Below, piece after piece: positions 31,874 through 43,723 of a DNA stretch of 64,000 nucleotides. Position numbers and translations under genes: made by a program. The DNA comes from Naegleria gruberi (taxonomy: Eukaryota), in NCBI GenBank assembly GCA_000004985.1, contig GG738865.1; one strand, written 5' to 3'. Position 1 is the first letter of the stretch. Each line of letters begins with the position of its first letter. A model generated the notes under the pieces. That model searched no databases. It was not told the origin of the DNA and worked only from the letters and a program-made list of their open reading frames with translations.

Positions 31874-34638
31874 TTTGAATTGATTATTTTCTCTCCGTTA
31901 TTATAATTTAAATTGTATTGAACAATTTTTGATGAAGGAGATTCTCTAATATTGATCGCCAACGAGTGTCGTCGTTTGTTGTTTGTACTCGTAGTGGGAG
32001 TTTAAAAATATTTTTTCTAATTGAAAAATTATAAAAGATAAAAATCGTGCGAGCATTTTGAGTCTATCCACAAGTTTGAAAGTAATTGGAGTTGATTTGC
32101 TGCAAGAAAAGGAACAAGAGTAAAGTCGGAAGAGAGAGGAATAGTACTGAACCATTTATTTGAATTTGAATGGAAATTTCTGATTCATAGTGTAGTTGAG
32201 AAGGTAATAGGATGAGGAAATTGGAAGCAATTTTCTATTGTTTTCCTTTTGGTTGTTGTTAGAATTGCCGAATTGAAATAATCAAGCATTAACAATCAAG
32301 ATGAAGTATTGAATTATTTTTTCATCAGCAATGAGATTCTGATTGGAGGAATGATGATATTGACATGCCAAACAGATCACTTTGTAACCTGTGATTGAAT
32401 GCATTACAATAGTTATTTATCATTTAAAAAGTATTAACCCTGGCTGAGGACAATTAACAATGTATTATCAAGTATAATACGTGAATGAAGGTTTGTTACC
32501 CTCACAACACAGCGAGCTACAAAAATATCATAATATTAAATACTAAAGAAGTTCTTGCCAAAACCACTCAATTGGTAGTTCACTTAATTGAAATTATAAT
32601 AAACATCTATCTCTTCCTTTCCAAGAGAGCTATGAAAAACCATCAACATCAAGAAATTGTCCATTACCTCTTTGGTAACTGAGTAAATATTGTAAACTGA
32701 CACTAAGGATTTATTCTCTTGATAGAGTACTCTCTCCATCCAGTTTAAACAGTCATTCGTTACAAATATAGTCCTTAATTCCTAGAAATAAAAGTGGCAA
32801 GTATTGCTGTAACTTTGAGAGCTCAACTGGAAATACATCAACAAAGGTTCTTCATGGTTTTAATTTTACAACATCCAAACAGACCCATTTAATCATGGTT
32901 ATCCCCAACAATGTACACATATCAACACAATCCAAAAACTTGTCATTCATGTCAGTAACTGTTTCCTTATCTCATTGTGCCGACCACCCATCATATGAAG
33001 TTTTTTTCTGTCTAAAAATACAACAAGTAGAACGTTGTGACAATTTTAACAAAAGAGCGTCCATCTAAGCAAAATAACATCTTAGAAAAAAAGCCACGAC
33101 ATCATCTACGGGAACACAATCGTTGGTTAGTTACGAAAGCAACAACAACAGGACATTTAAATGGCTCAGAGCATGTAGGTCTCAATAGCAGAATTGAAAG
33201 ACCAACGGTTAATCAAATCAATTGTGGAGAACATTTGAGTAATAGAGGTTCGTGCGAAGAAGGAAATTCTATTTAGATAGGAGGTATTTCTTCTCTTATT
33301 AAATCCCATTTGGGTTATCTATTACAATCATAGTATAATGCTAAAAAGTAACATGGGTTGTGTTCTGGCAAGCAATGGCTGCATGAGGTTTGTCCTCTAT
33401 GGTTTGAACCTTAAACCACACTTGAACAACCAAATAATATTACGTCAAAAAAACAAGATCATCAACACGTTACATTCTCAAGGTGCACAATCATCATCTT
33501 GATTGCCGTCAGATATCATTCCAAAGTGCATGCAGAAGAGGCATCAATTCAACAACTTTCCAACACGTTTTATCTTTGTAATACAAAAACGGAATATCAC
33601 TGATCTAAAACATCAACCTCTGGTTTAATCTGGGAAAGTCAACTTTGGAAACCTCATGCAAAACCGAGTTTTCTAATGCCAAAAGTTAACAAGAGAGCTC
33701 TACAGGAGAGACATGCAAAATGACTCAACAATTCTGTAGTTTTCTACATTTGACTTTACCTGTAGGTGGTGTGCCTTAGCTTTCATCGGATTCTTAAGGT
33801 CATGTAACCAACGCACAAACTTATACAATCAGTCCCAAGAGCCCATCACACAAGCTAGCTTGATTCACCAAATAACTGGAGGAAGCGACAAACAAATTGT
33901 GAAAAAAATCCAAAACCATTCAAGCACCATTGAAACTATTTTTCGTATCATTTGTATTCGTACAAAGACGAAACATAATTTCGAGAAGTGATTGAATATT
34001 TGGATTTAAAGAGGATTAGGATTTGGATTAGAGACAAGGAAAAAGGGGGAAACCACAAAGAATGAATTGCACTGGTTAATGAATACATTGCTAGTAGCTT
34101 GACCTTCTTTGTGGTCTTCCTCTTTTTTTCTTGTCTCATCGGATGGTAGTAACTGGAGGATATCATGTGTGTACATGTAGTGTTAAAATTTTCTAATTTT
34201 TATTCTATTTCACTAACTCAACTATTTACCTGAAATGGTTTGAAACTTTAATCCAAGCTTTTGACAGAGTATTAACAATATTTAATATGAGTATTGAACG
34301 GTTGTAAAAAATATTGAAATGGAAAAATATCACCAAACAAATATGCGTTGTCCATTTTTAAAAGTAATGATGTTTGACGTTTAAAGTGAAATTTTTTTAC
34401 AGCAGAAGACATTTCACACTCAATAGGCAAGCTGCAGAAGTAGACCAGCTACAACATTTTTACAATATGCTTCTTACTACAGATGAGCTGAAGGAATAAT
34501 ATTCAGACCAGCTACAGCAATTAACCTGCTGATGGGCGATCGTTGATTCGACATTTCTTCACCACACATTTTGCCGGAGAGACATCACGAATCTTCTGTT
34601 AGACAGGTGTAAAAACTGTCAAAAAAAATTAATCAATA

Positions 34639-37340
34639 ATGCCACCACTGGATTTCTTGAGAAGACATCTTCAAAAAGGAGGAAGTAATAGTTCTTCTCC
34701 CGAACCATCAGACCAATCATCACCACAACGAATTTCTTCTATTCGAATTAAACATAAATCCACAATCAATGTACAATTAAAAATTGAAATTGAAACCATT
34801 TCACAACACATAACAATTAATGAACAAAACGTTACTTGCTTTCCTGGTGATTTGATAGAAAGTTTTATCAAGGAGAAGTTGTTAAATTTTCTACCAAATA
34901 ATTCAAACTCTACAACAGATTCCTATCGATCATTTTGTGAAAAGTATGCATTGTTTGTTGTGAGAGAGTTTGGTGATAAAGGTGTTGGAGGTGATTGGAT
35001 TTTTAATTATGGAATGTCATTTGCAGATTTAAATGTGAAAGGAGTTGTAAGTGATCATTGAAAACTTTTTATTAAATTTGAAAACATTAGTGTACAATAG
35101 AATGTGTACTTCAAAAGAAGAAGATACAAGTTCAATTCGGAGTTGACCAACAATTTGCAAAACCAACAGAAATTAATGAATTAAAAACAGTGGAGGAAAT
35201 TTCATCTGAAATTGCAAAATCATTCATGATAAAGAAGGAGTTTATGGCTGATTTTTCTTTGAAGGATAATTTGCAACAATGGTTAATTCCACAATTAACA
35301 CTCCGAGAACAAGGACAACAAGTGAATGACAAATCAAAACTTCAATTATCTAAAAAATATAATTTCACATATGACCAACTATTGGAAAATGATATTAAAC
35401 TAAATGCAGTTAGTTTATCATTAACATATAGTGAAACAAAGGAGAGATTCATGAATGGAAAACTCAATTACAATATTCAAGATAGAACTGAAAGAAATAT
35501 CATTGCTAGATTGGTTGCATTGTCTATTTTAGCAGAGGGACTTGACAGAAAGTACTACAAGAGAGTGGATGATGTTTCTAAATTCGAATCACTCGTACCT
35601 CCTCACTTTTATGCTGAAATTCAAGAAACTCAAAAGATGAAAACCAAAATGAGAAAAAAGTTCATCAAGAATTTACAAAGAAACAAGACCCTTAACATTG
35701 TCGATGCTCAATGTGAATATGTGAAATTGTGTTCACAACACCCATTCTTTAAACTCAACTTGTACAAGGTTGAATTTAAGCAAGAATCAAGTGCAGAGAG
35801 TACCAATCTTAGTGATTTTACTGAAATTCTATTTGGTATTGATGATCAAGGTTTATGTACTATACACTCTACGGACAGATGCATTACTTCGAGTACTCCA
35901 TTTACAAGTATTGTGACTTATTCTGCTACCAAAGACATTTTGAGAATTGTCATCAAACAACCAGAACCAATTCTAGAATCTACAATGGTTATCAAATCAC
36001 CTTTAGCTGAGGAAATTGAACTAGTCATTGCTGGTGCTATTGATTATTCAAATAGAAATATTTTCATGACTCCTCAAGTGAAGGATTTACTGGAGGATGT
36101 TCAAGGATCTGATCGAGTTAAAAAGACATCCTTTGCATTGCCAAGAGACGTACCAACAGATGACATTCAACTCTTACTTTCAGATAGAAATATTGTGGAG
36201 AAGGCACTTCAAGGATTGACAGAATATAATAGACAAGTCAAAACCAAATCAGGTCCTATTCAGGCACTTCTTGTTGAGAAACAAGAAGAAACCTCTGCAC
36301 AAAGAAAGAAAGTTATTGGACAGTATATGGAAGAATTGAGCAAAAAGGATCCAAATGATACTCTCAACAATGAAAACATTAATGTATTCAAAAAACCATT
36401 CGAATATTTGGAAATGTATGACCCTATCAAAAATACTTGTGAACTGATAGAAGAGTCCTACCTCAGATTGATTGAGGTTGAAATGGAGAGGAAAGCTAGA
36501 GAGACTGAAGTTAGCATATTGGAAAATATTTCCAAGGGTCTCATGACAGGAATGTCTGTTAATTCTATTGATTTGGAATCAACCAACTTAGATCAACAAA
36601 AGAATAACTTGTATCCAAAACAAGTTCTCGATATGAAGAGAGAATATGATATGGCATTTAAACAAATTCAAGTCGAGTCTGTTAATATGGAATCATTGAA
36701 GCAAATCAAACAAATGTTTGATCAGCAAGCTCAATATTTGTTACAATATGAAAAGTATTTGCACGACAAGTTTTTGAGACTTAAGGAAATGCCCACAACT
36801 GGAAGTGTTGAATCAACAGCTCCAAGTACCTTCACTTCTCTCAAGAAATTCCCTACTCCACCTGTACCATCATCCAATAACAACTCCTCAAGTGCAAACA
36901 CACCAACCATATCTACCACACCAAAACCAAGTGGTGAAACTCTTTCTCCAACAGCAAATCTTCCAAGAAAGATTTCTTCTAGCACTACACCTCCTGAACC
37001 ATCAACATTAAGAACAGCATCACCAACGAGTCGTAAAACTGTTTTTACTCCAACAAGTGCCAAGTCAACCACAACCGATTCCTCACCTCCAAACAATACT
37101 CAACCAACAAATTCTAATTCATCATCACCAATTGATTCATCTGCTCCATCAACAAATTCCACAACAGCTTCTGATCCATCAGGTAACAATTCATTTAGTG
37201 ATTTGAGATCCAGATTCCTCAAACCTGCAACACCCAACACTCCTCCACCCTCCAATGCACTAGCAGAAGAACGAAAGCAAGCCTTAAAGGGAAGAACATC
37301 AACAGTTCTTGAAGCCCTCTCCAGATTCGAGAGGAAATAA
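34639..37340 (+). CDS. FERM-like domain protein with a ubiquitin-like N-terminus and a long S/T/P-rich C-terminal tail, 2 exons
   Basis: Real ATG at 34639. Exon 1 ends at 35046 (…NVKGVV). A GTAAGT intron 35047..35117 (an in-frame TAG at 35088 forces the acceptor at caaaag|AAGAAG). Exon 2 35118..37340. The FERM F2-like motif is DAQCEYVKLCSQHPFFKLNLYKVEF (compare band-4.1 …YLKIAQDLEMYGVNYF). The last ~190 aa are S/T/P/N low complexity. Confidence 0.5.
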
Positions 37341-37595
37341 ATCATCATGATGATAATTAAGCTTAATTATCCTTATCTCAACTTTTCATAAGCCTTCCAT
37401 CTGGTTTACAAGTGTTAGCAGCACTGTATCATCTTCACCCCATACGATCCATCATCTTTATCATCCTTCCATTTAAATTGATTGGGTTTTCCTCTCTTTG
37501 CAAATAAACAAACAATAATGTTATCGGCTTGTTGATAGCCAATTCCGAGACAAGGATGTATTTTTTTATTTTTAAAATAAAAACATCAAACAACG

Positions 37596-40500
37596 ATGAA
37601 GCAACTCTCAACACCTGCATCAAAGGCATTCCGATCCTTGCTTGCAACCTCGAGAACATCATCATCAGGGCTTTTCCGAAAGACTGATGTTGTGTTTGGG
37701 AAGGGAGCCAATAGTTATCAACAAGAACAGTTGAATTCATCAAGGATGATTATCGGAAGTTTGCAAGGTGATTTGAAGAGTAGATTCTTCTCTACATCAA
37801 CAATTCATAGAAACGAGAAGAAGGATGATGAAGATAATAATGATAATGATGAAAAGAAAAAGAAGGAAGAAGAAGAAGAACAGAAGGATGTTTCTGAAAA
37901 GGACAAAACACAAGAAATTAACAAAATGTTCGATGACTTTGAATCATCCAGAAAGAGTGATGAAATTAATGATATTGTAGAGGATAGTGCTGAAAGAATT
38001 GAAGAATTATTATCAGATAAGGTAAATGCTGAAGATGTTTCGGATAAAGCAAGTAAATTGCTTTCTCCTGTTAAGCAAACTGAACAATCAATTACAAGCT
38101 TCTTTGCCACTCCAACTCCACCTTTTGTTGAAATTGTCCCATTGTACAAAAAACCAGCATTCCCTGGAACTATTGTTCCTATTTTCATTACTGATACTAA
38201 ATTCATTCAATCCATGTTGGAGAGTGGTTATCATGATAAATTGGTTGGTCTTTTCCTTGTAAAGGATTTGGAAAAACGTGATCAAATGAAGAATGTTGCA
38301 TCTCTCAATGAAATTGAAACAGTAGGTACTCTTGCAAAGGTTACTAGGGTTGTACCATCTAAAGGTGGTGCTTCAGTAGTATTTGCTGCAATCAGAAGAA
38401 TTAAGGTAACTGGAACTGTAAATAATAGTAAGAGACTTACTGCAAATATTGAAGAAGTGACTGCAAATAAGGTTGACAAGAATGATCTATCAATCAAGGC
38501 TCACGTAATGGAAATTTTCCAACAAATTAAGGAATTTTTATCACACATTGATCCTGTTCAAAGAGAACAATTGAATATGGTATTGGAACAATTGGATCAT
38601 ACTGATCCTGCTGAGTTGTCTGACATTGCTGCCATTCTTTGCTCTCATGATCCTGAAACACTTCAAGAAATTTTACAAACTACAGACATTAGACTCAGAT
38701 TAGTCAAATCTCTTGAGCTCTTAAAGTCTGAAGTTGAAACTAAAAAGATTCAAGAAAAGATTCAAAGAAATCTTGAGGAAAAACTCAATAATCAACAAAG
38801 AAAGATGTACCTCACTGAACAACTTAAAATTATCAAGAAGGAACTTGGTCTTGAAAAGGATGCCAAGGAAGAATTAATGAAAAAATTCTCAGGTGCTGCT
38901 GAACAAATCAAGTCTAGAGATAATGTTCCTGAGCTTGTCAAGACTACATTGCAAGATGAATTGAACAAATTCTCCACTTTGGATCCTCATTCAAGTGAAT
39001 ATACCAATGTAAGAAATTATTTGGATTGGATGACATCTCTTCCTTGGGGATTACGTGGTATTGAAAACTTTGATTTGATCAAAGCTTCCAACATTCTCGA
39101 TCATGATCACTATGGACTCAAGAAGGTAAAGGAGAGAATTTTGGAATTTATTGCAGTTGGTAAATTGAAGAATACCACAAAGGGTAAAATTATTCTATTG
39201 ATGGGCCCTCCTGGTGTTGGTAAGACCTCTATTGGTAAATCTATTGCCTCCTCTTTGGGAAGAGAATTCCACAGATTCAGTGTTGGTGGTTTGACTGATG
39301 TCAGTGAAATTAAGGGACACAGAAGAACTTACATTGGATCTATTCCTGGTAAATTAATTAATATCATGAAACATTGCAAGACTAATAATCCTGTAATTAT
39401 GATTGATGAAATTGATAAATTGGGAAGAAGTCATCAAGGTGATCCAGCCAGTGCTCTCCTTGAAGTATTGGATCCAGAACAAAATAATGCCTTTGTTGAC
39501 CACTATTTGGATGTACCATATGATTTGAGTGATGTCTTGTTTGTTTGTACAGCTAACGTTCTCGACAGTATTCCTGGACCACTTCTTGACAGAATGGAAG
39601 TTTTGAGACTCAGTGGCTATATTCTTGAAGAAAAGGTTCATATCACCAGAAACTACCTCCTTCCAAAAAAGATTGAAGAGACTGGACTTTATGTTCAAAA
39701 GGCTAAGGAGAAGAAACCTTTGCTTACTGTTACAAATGGTCTCATTGAAAAACTAATTAGAGAACATTGTAGAGAAGCTGGTGTAAGAAACTTGGAAAAG
39801 CACATTGAACTGATCTGTCGTAAGGTTGCCTATAAAATTGCCAAATCTAATAAGAAACCAGCTCCAATCCATCTCACTGAAAATGATTTGGAAGAATTGG
39901 TAGGAAAGCCAGTATTCACATCAGATAGATACTACCTCACCACTCCTGTAGGTGTTACTATGGGTCTTGCTTGGACATCAATGGGAGGTTCCACATTGTA
40001 TATTGAAACTATTTCAGAAAAACTAGGTCAAGCCGATATCCCAGTTGCAACTACTGACAATGCCACTACAACTGCATCTGTTCCTATGAATGGCTCACTC
40101 AAGTGTACAGGTTCTATGGGAGATGTAATGAAGGAATCATCATCAATTGCTTACTCCTATGCTAAGAATCATCTGTTCAATGTTGATCCAAAGAATGACT
40201 TTTTCAGAAAGACAAATATTCACATGCACATTCCAGAAGGTGGTGTAAATAAGGATGGACCTTCTGCAGGTGTTACAATGGTGACTTCACTTCTTTCTCT
40301 TGCTCTCAATAAGCCTGTAAGACATAACTTGGCAATGACAGGAGAATTAACCATAACTGGTAAGGTTCTTGCTATTGGTGGTGTTAAGGAAAAGGTTATT
40401 GCTGCCAGAAGATCTGGAATTACAACTGTAATTCTGCCTGCTGGAAACAGAAGAGATTGGGATGAATTGGATGAAAATATCAAGAAGGGATTAGAAGTTC

Positions 40501-40619
40501 ACTTTGCTGATTATTATTCAGATGTTTTCAGAATTTCTTTTGGATATGATGAAGCTGAAAATTTGGAAGCTATTGAAAAGGATCGTCAATCACCAAATCT
40601 TATGGATCTTTCTTCTTAA
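37596..40619 (+). CDS. LON: Lon protease homolog, mitochondrial (AAA+ ATP-dependent serine protease)
   Basis: Real ATG at 37596 with an Arg/Ser-rich presequence-like N-terminus. The Lon N domain is present. Walker A is GPPGVGKTS, Walker B is VIMIDEIDK, and the sensor and Arg-finger region is intact. The protease domain has the catalytic Ser in DGPSAGVTM and the Lys in TGKVLAIGGVKEKV. 1007 aa, single exon. Confidence 0.95.
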   Translation: MKQLSTPASKAFRSLLATSRTSSSGLFRKTDVVFGKGANSYQQEQLNSSRMIIGSLQGDLKSRFFSTSTIHRNEKKDDEDNNDNDEKKKKEEEEEQKDVSEKDKTQEINKMFDDFESSRKSDEINDIVEDSAERIEELLSDKVNAEDVSDKASKLLSPVKQTEQSITSFFATPTPPFVEIVPLYKKPAFPGTIVPIFITDTKFIQSMLESGYHDKLVGLFLVKDLEKRDQMKNVASLNEIETVGTLAKVTRVVPSKGGASVVFAAIRRIKVTGTVNNSKRLTANIEEVTANKVDKNDLSIKAHVMEIFQQIKEFLSHIDPVQREQLNMVLEQLDHTDPAELSDIAAILCSHDPETLQEILQTTDIRLRLVKSLELLKSEVETKKIQEKIQRNLEEKLNNQQRKMYLTEQLKIIKKELGLEKDAKEELMKKFSGAAEQIKSRDNVPELVKTTLQDELNKFSTLDPHSSEYTNVRNYLDWMTSLPWGLRGIENFDLIKASNILDHDHYGLKKVKERILEFIAVGKLKNTTKGKIILLMGPPGVGKTSIGKSIASSLGREFHRFSVGGLTDVSEIKGHRRTYIGSIPGKLINIMKHCKTNNPVIMIDEIDKLGRSHQGDPASALLEVLDPEQNNAFVDHYLDVPYDLSDVLFVCTANVLDSIPGPLLDRMEVLRLSGYILEEKVHITRNYLLPKKIEETGLYVQKAKEKKPLLTVTNGLIEKLIREHCREAGVRNLEKHIELICRKVAYKIAKSNKKPAPIHLTENDLEELVGKPVFTSDRYYLTTPVGVTMGLAWTSMGGSTLYIETISEKLGQADIPVATTDNATTTASVPMNGSLKCTGSMGDVMKESSSIAYSYAKNHLFNVDPKNDFFRKTNIHMHIPEGGVNKDGPSAGVTMVTSLLSLALNKPVRHNLAMTGELTITGKVLAIGGVKEKVIAARRSGITTVILPAGNRRDWDELDENIKKGLEVHFADYYSDVFRISFGYDEAENLEAIEKDRQSPNLMDLSS

Positions 40620-40641
40620 GTGTTTTATTGTAAATAATAAA

Positions 40642-42363
40642 TTATTTTTCTTTCGAGAACCTCAGCTTTAAAGTCAATCTACCTTCAGGTCCAAACAGTT
40701 CATAAACCCAATAGTAGAAGAAACCCATCATCTTCATTTTGAATGGTCTATTTACCCAATCCTCATAAGTTATTTCTTTGGAAACTTCAAGCTCACGTTT
40801 AAAGTCTTTCTCAAGCTCAGATGCCAATTTCAAATCATAGTGTTGAATTCCAATCTCTAAATTAGTTTCTAAACTCATTCTATCCAAATTGTAAGAACCC
40901 ATCGATGTGAAAAATCCATCTATTGTCATGTATTTAGCATGAAGGGTCTTTCCAAAATATTCGTATACTTTGATACCTTGCTTTAAATATTCTCCATAAA
41001 TATATGTACTGATATATCTCATGCCAGGAACGTCACTTCTTCCACAAGTTAACAGTCTCACATCACATCCATTCTTCTTTGCAGCAATAAGAGCTTGCTT
41101 TAACCTTTCAGGTGGGTAGAAATATGGTGTTGAAATGTAGCAGTGACTTCTCGAATTATTAATTACATTACAAATATTCTTGTAGAGAGCTGTTTTGTGT
41201 TTTTTAGGATCTGAAAATAATACTTGTGAATAACGTCTTTCTTCATTATTTGTTGGTACTGCTTCTTCTTCAATATTGTCTGTCATATTCCAAGAGTTAT
41301 TTGGATCTTTATCAATGTCAGTCAATAAATCCTCTCTGTTAAATTCCCTAACTATATTCTCTCCTAGTTTTGATTTGGATTGTTCCAAACTGAAAAGTAG
41401 GGATAATGTCAAATAGGATACACTTGGTCCATCAACCATGCAATGCAAATCACGCATGTGACCTATTCCTGATAGCAGTACATTATAATCAGTAGTATTA
41501 GATCTTCCCTTTTCAATATATTCATCCAACTCATCAAGTAAATTTTCATCCAAAGGAACATCCAATACGCCTTGGTCACCTTCATCAGTGAAAATCTCCT
41601 TTTCCAATTGTTCTTCTGTATACAGTGCTCTATCAAATGGATTTGAATATCTATTTTCAATATTCATTCCTCCAATCAAGCCAATTTTATCATCAACAAC
41701 GCAAACTTTCTTGTGATTTCTCAATGTTGGAGCTCTACTAGGATGTCTAAAAAAGAAATTATATAATTTCAAATCCTTATCATTAAATTTCAATATTTTC
41801 CCACCAGCTTCTTTCAATTCTTGAATTAAATCCTCCTTTTCAAAATCAATATGATAACTTCCGAAAGCATCCACTGAAAGAATAACTTCCACTCCTCTAT
41901 GAGCAGCTTGAATTAATTTCACCAAAGTTTTATCTCCAATTTGATCTGTTGAAATTGTATAACAATCAATAAATACTCTCTTCTTTGCTTTATCAATACC
42001 ATTCCATAAGGCTTTGAAATAATCAGCACCATTGAAATAAATTTCCTTTACTCTATTATTCTCGGAAAATCCTCCCAACGATATTGATTGTGCAATGGAC
42101 ATGTACCACGGAAGGGTTAAATCTCTACCAACCTTTTTAGATAATTCTTGTAAATGTGGATAGAATGATGAAATTACTTCATTTGTTGCATTTGCCACTC
42201 CACCATGTTTCCAAATCCAACTCTTTGATTTAAATGTAAATCGATGATAAATTCTCGAATAAAACAATGATGTATAATAGGAGGAAGGAACCGGTGATTT
42301 GGCTATAATAGAAGCAGCAGCAGTAGTAGTAGATGATGCCGCCGATGATACCAATCGATTCAT
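40642..42363 (-). CDS. phospholipase D-superfamily protein with two HKD motifs, probable bacterial-type (PLD-type) cardiolipin synthase, mitochondrial
   Basis: Real ATG at 42363. The N-terminus is Ser/Ala/Thr-rich, like a mitochondrial presequence (MNRLVSSAASSTTTAAASIIAKS). HKD-1 is NHKKVCVVDD and HKD-2 is LHAKYMTIDG (HxKxxxxD twice), with a GSYNLD-type motif following. 573 aa. Confidence 0.75.
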   Translation of the reverse strand: MNRLVSSAASSTTTAAASIIAKSPVPSSYYTSLFYSRIYHRFTFKSKSWIWKHGGVANATNEVISSFYPHLQELSKKVGRDLTLPWYMSIAQSISLGGFSENNRVKEIYFNGADYFKALWNGIDKAKKRVFIDCYTISTDQIGDKTLVKLIQAAHRGVEVILSVDAFGSYHIDFEKEDLIQELKEAGGKILKFNDKDLKLYNFFFRHPSRAPTLRNHKKVCVVDDKIGLIGGMNIENRYSNPFDRALYTEEQLEKEIFTDEGDQGVLDVPLDENLLDELDEYIEKGRSNTTDYNVLLSGIGHMRDLHCMVDGPSVSYLTLSLLFSLEQSKSKLGENIVREFNREDLLTDIDKDPNNSWNMTDNIEEEAVPTNNEERRYSQVLFSDPKKHKTALYKNICNVINNSRSHCYISTPYFYPPERLKQALIAAKKNGCDVRLLTCGRSDVPGMRYISTYIYGEYLKQGIKVYEYFGKTLHAKYMTIDGFFTSMGSYNLDRMSLETNLEIGIQHYDLKLASELEKDFKRELEVSKEITYEDWVNRPFKMKMMGFFYYWVYELFGPEGRLTLKLRFSKEK

Positions 42364-42684
42364 TTTTATTTTTATTATTATTTAAAGATTTTGATTTATT
42401 ATTATTTATTAATTTAATTATCATTAATCATTAAATTATGAATTGATGGAATTGCAGTTGTTGCTTTTGTCGGAAAAGCACAATTATTATCCCTACATTA
42501 AAATAAGGTCAATAATAAAGTAAAGTGCCATTCATAATTTGCATGAAATTCAATCAATTTTATAAAGTGAAATGGTGACCAAAATTAAGCATCTGTGTAA
42601 TATTTTGCCATTTGAAAGTAATCATGGCTTAATTGACTTTAAAACAGGTAGGTGGAAATGTTAAACTATAAGATTAGAATTTAT

Positions 42685-43017
42685 TTACAACTTTTTTTCC
42701 ATGTATTCCTCTCTTGCAATATTGGTTTGAGTTGGTTGATTTAACATTCCACCACTTGTAGTAGTTGATTGAGGAACATTTACTCCTGTTGTTGTTGCTG
42801 GCTTGTGTGGAATTCCAACATCTTTAACTCCAAATTGACTTGCCAAGTTTGGATCAGTTTCTGCCAACTTCTTTTGTTGTCTGCTTTCGTAAGTGATATT
42901 GCTGTCAGTGTCATGAGTGAATGGATGTAAGACTTTTTCCTTAATATTGTGGATGGTTCCACTGCCGGTTGTGCTTGTTTTTTGAGGTTGCATTTTGATA
43001 TTTGTTTTTTTTTGCAT
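42685..43017 (-). CDS. small hydrophilic hypothetical protein (110 aa, T/G/Q-rich)
   Basis: Real ATG at 43017. No hydrophobic segments. The composition resembles small stress/LEA-like hydrophilins. Only the ORF itself supports this call. Confidence 0.3.
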   Translation of the reverse strand: MQKKTNIKMQPQKTSTTGSGTIHNIKEKVLHPFTHDTDSNITYESRQQKKLAETDPNLASQFGVKDVGIPHKPATTTGVNVPQSTTTSGGMLNQPTQTNIAREEYMEKKL

Positions 43018-43723
43018 GAAATTGTGAATATGATGTTCAGTATTTATGAGATTTTCAAGAATTACTTTATTTGGATAATTTACAAAGAAAGAAAGTTGTT
43101 TTTAGAAAATCTCAACTTGGGCAGTTATGTAAATGTCAATTATCTGAAATCAGTAATTTATTCTCAATCTAATAGGTGAAGATTTTGTCTTTTTGGCGAA
43201 TTGGAATGATTGAATTAGCAAAATTGGCATCTAGACTTTTTAAAACAAATGCACATTTCTAGATTCCTTTACAATTCAATCCATGTGTACAATCACATTA
43301 TGTTACAATAATTTACAGTTTTATTGAGTTCAGAACAACAAGCATGGCATCAGTCTGTTCTCAATCTTAAAAGGTCAGCTTTAGAACCAAAGAGTTAAGG
43401 AAAATAAGGAGGATACTTGCTTTCCTTAGATACCCACCAGACAGTGGAAGAAATACTCAGCTTAACCTTGTTTACAACAAATTGTTAATCGCCTCGTGCG
43501 TACTATTTTTACAATCAAATTATTTCAAAAAAAATAGCAAAGCAATGAAAGCAACCCTGCCAGAGGAAAAAAAGGTCCCTTCGAAAGGTTCATGTTTCAA
43601 AGCAAGTATTGTGATACCTATAAGGTTTGTTTAATTTATTGATCGATTCCGAAATAAATTGATGATTAAAGCGTGCTCGTGTTGAGTTGGATTGTTTGGG
43701 TGAATTATTCCGATCAATCAGCA

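Noticed and set aside
36731-37096. 121-aa minus-strand ORF and 68-aa plus-strand alternative-frame ORF within the FERM-like gene tail
   Set aside because: They lie in the S/T/P-rich low-complexity C-terminus, where all frames are open by composition. The main frame is continuous from the conserved FERM region.
37805-38206. 133-aa minus-strand ORF at the 5' end of the Lon gene
   Set aside because: It is the antisense of Lon's acidic, lysine-rich N-terminal linker (EEEEEQKD…). The Lon frame is unambiguous, with 1007 aa and all catalytic motifs.
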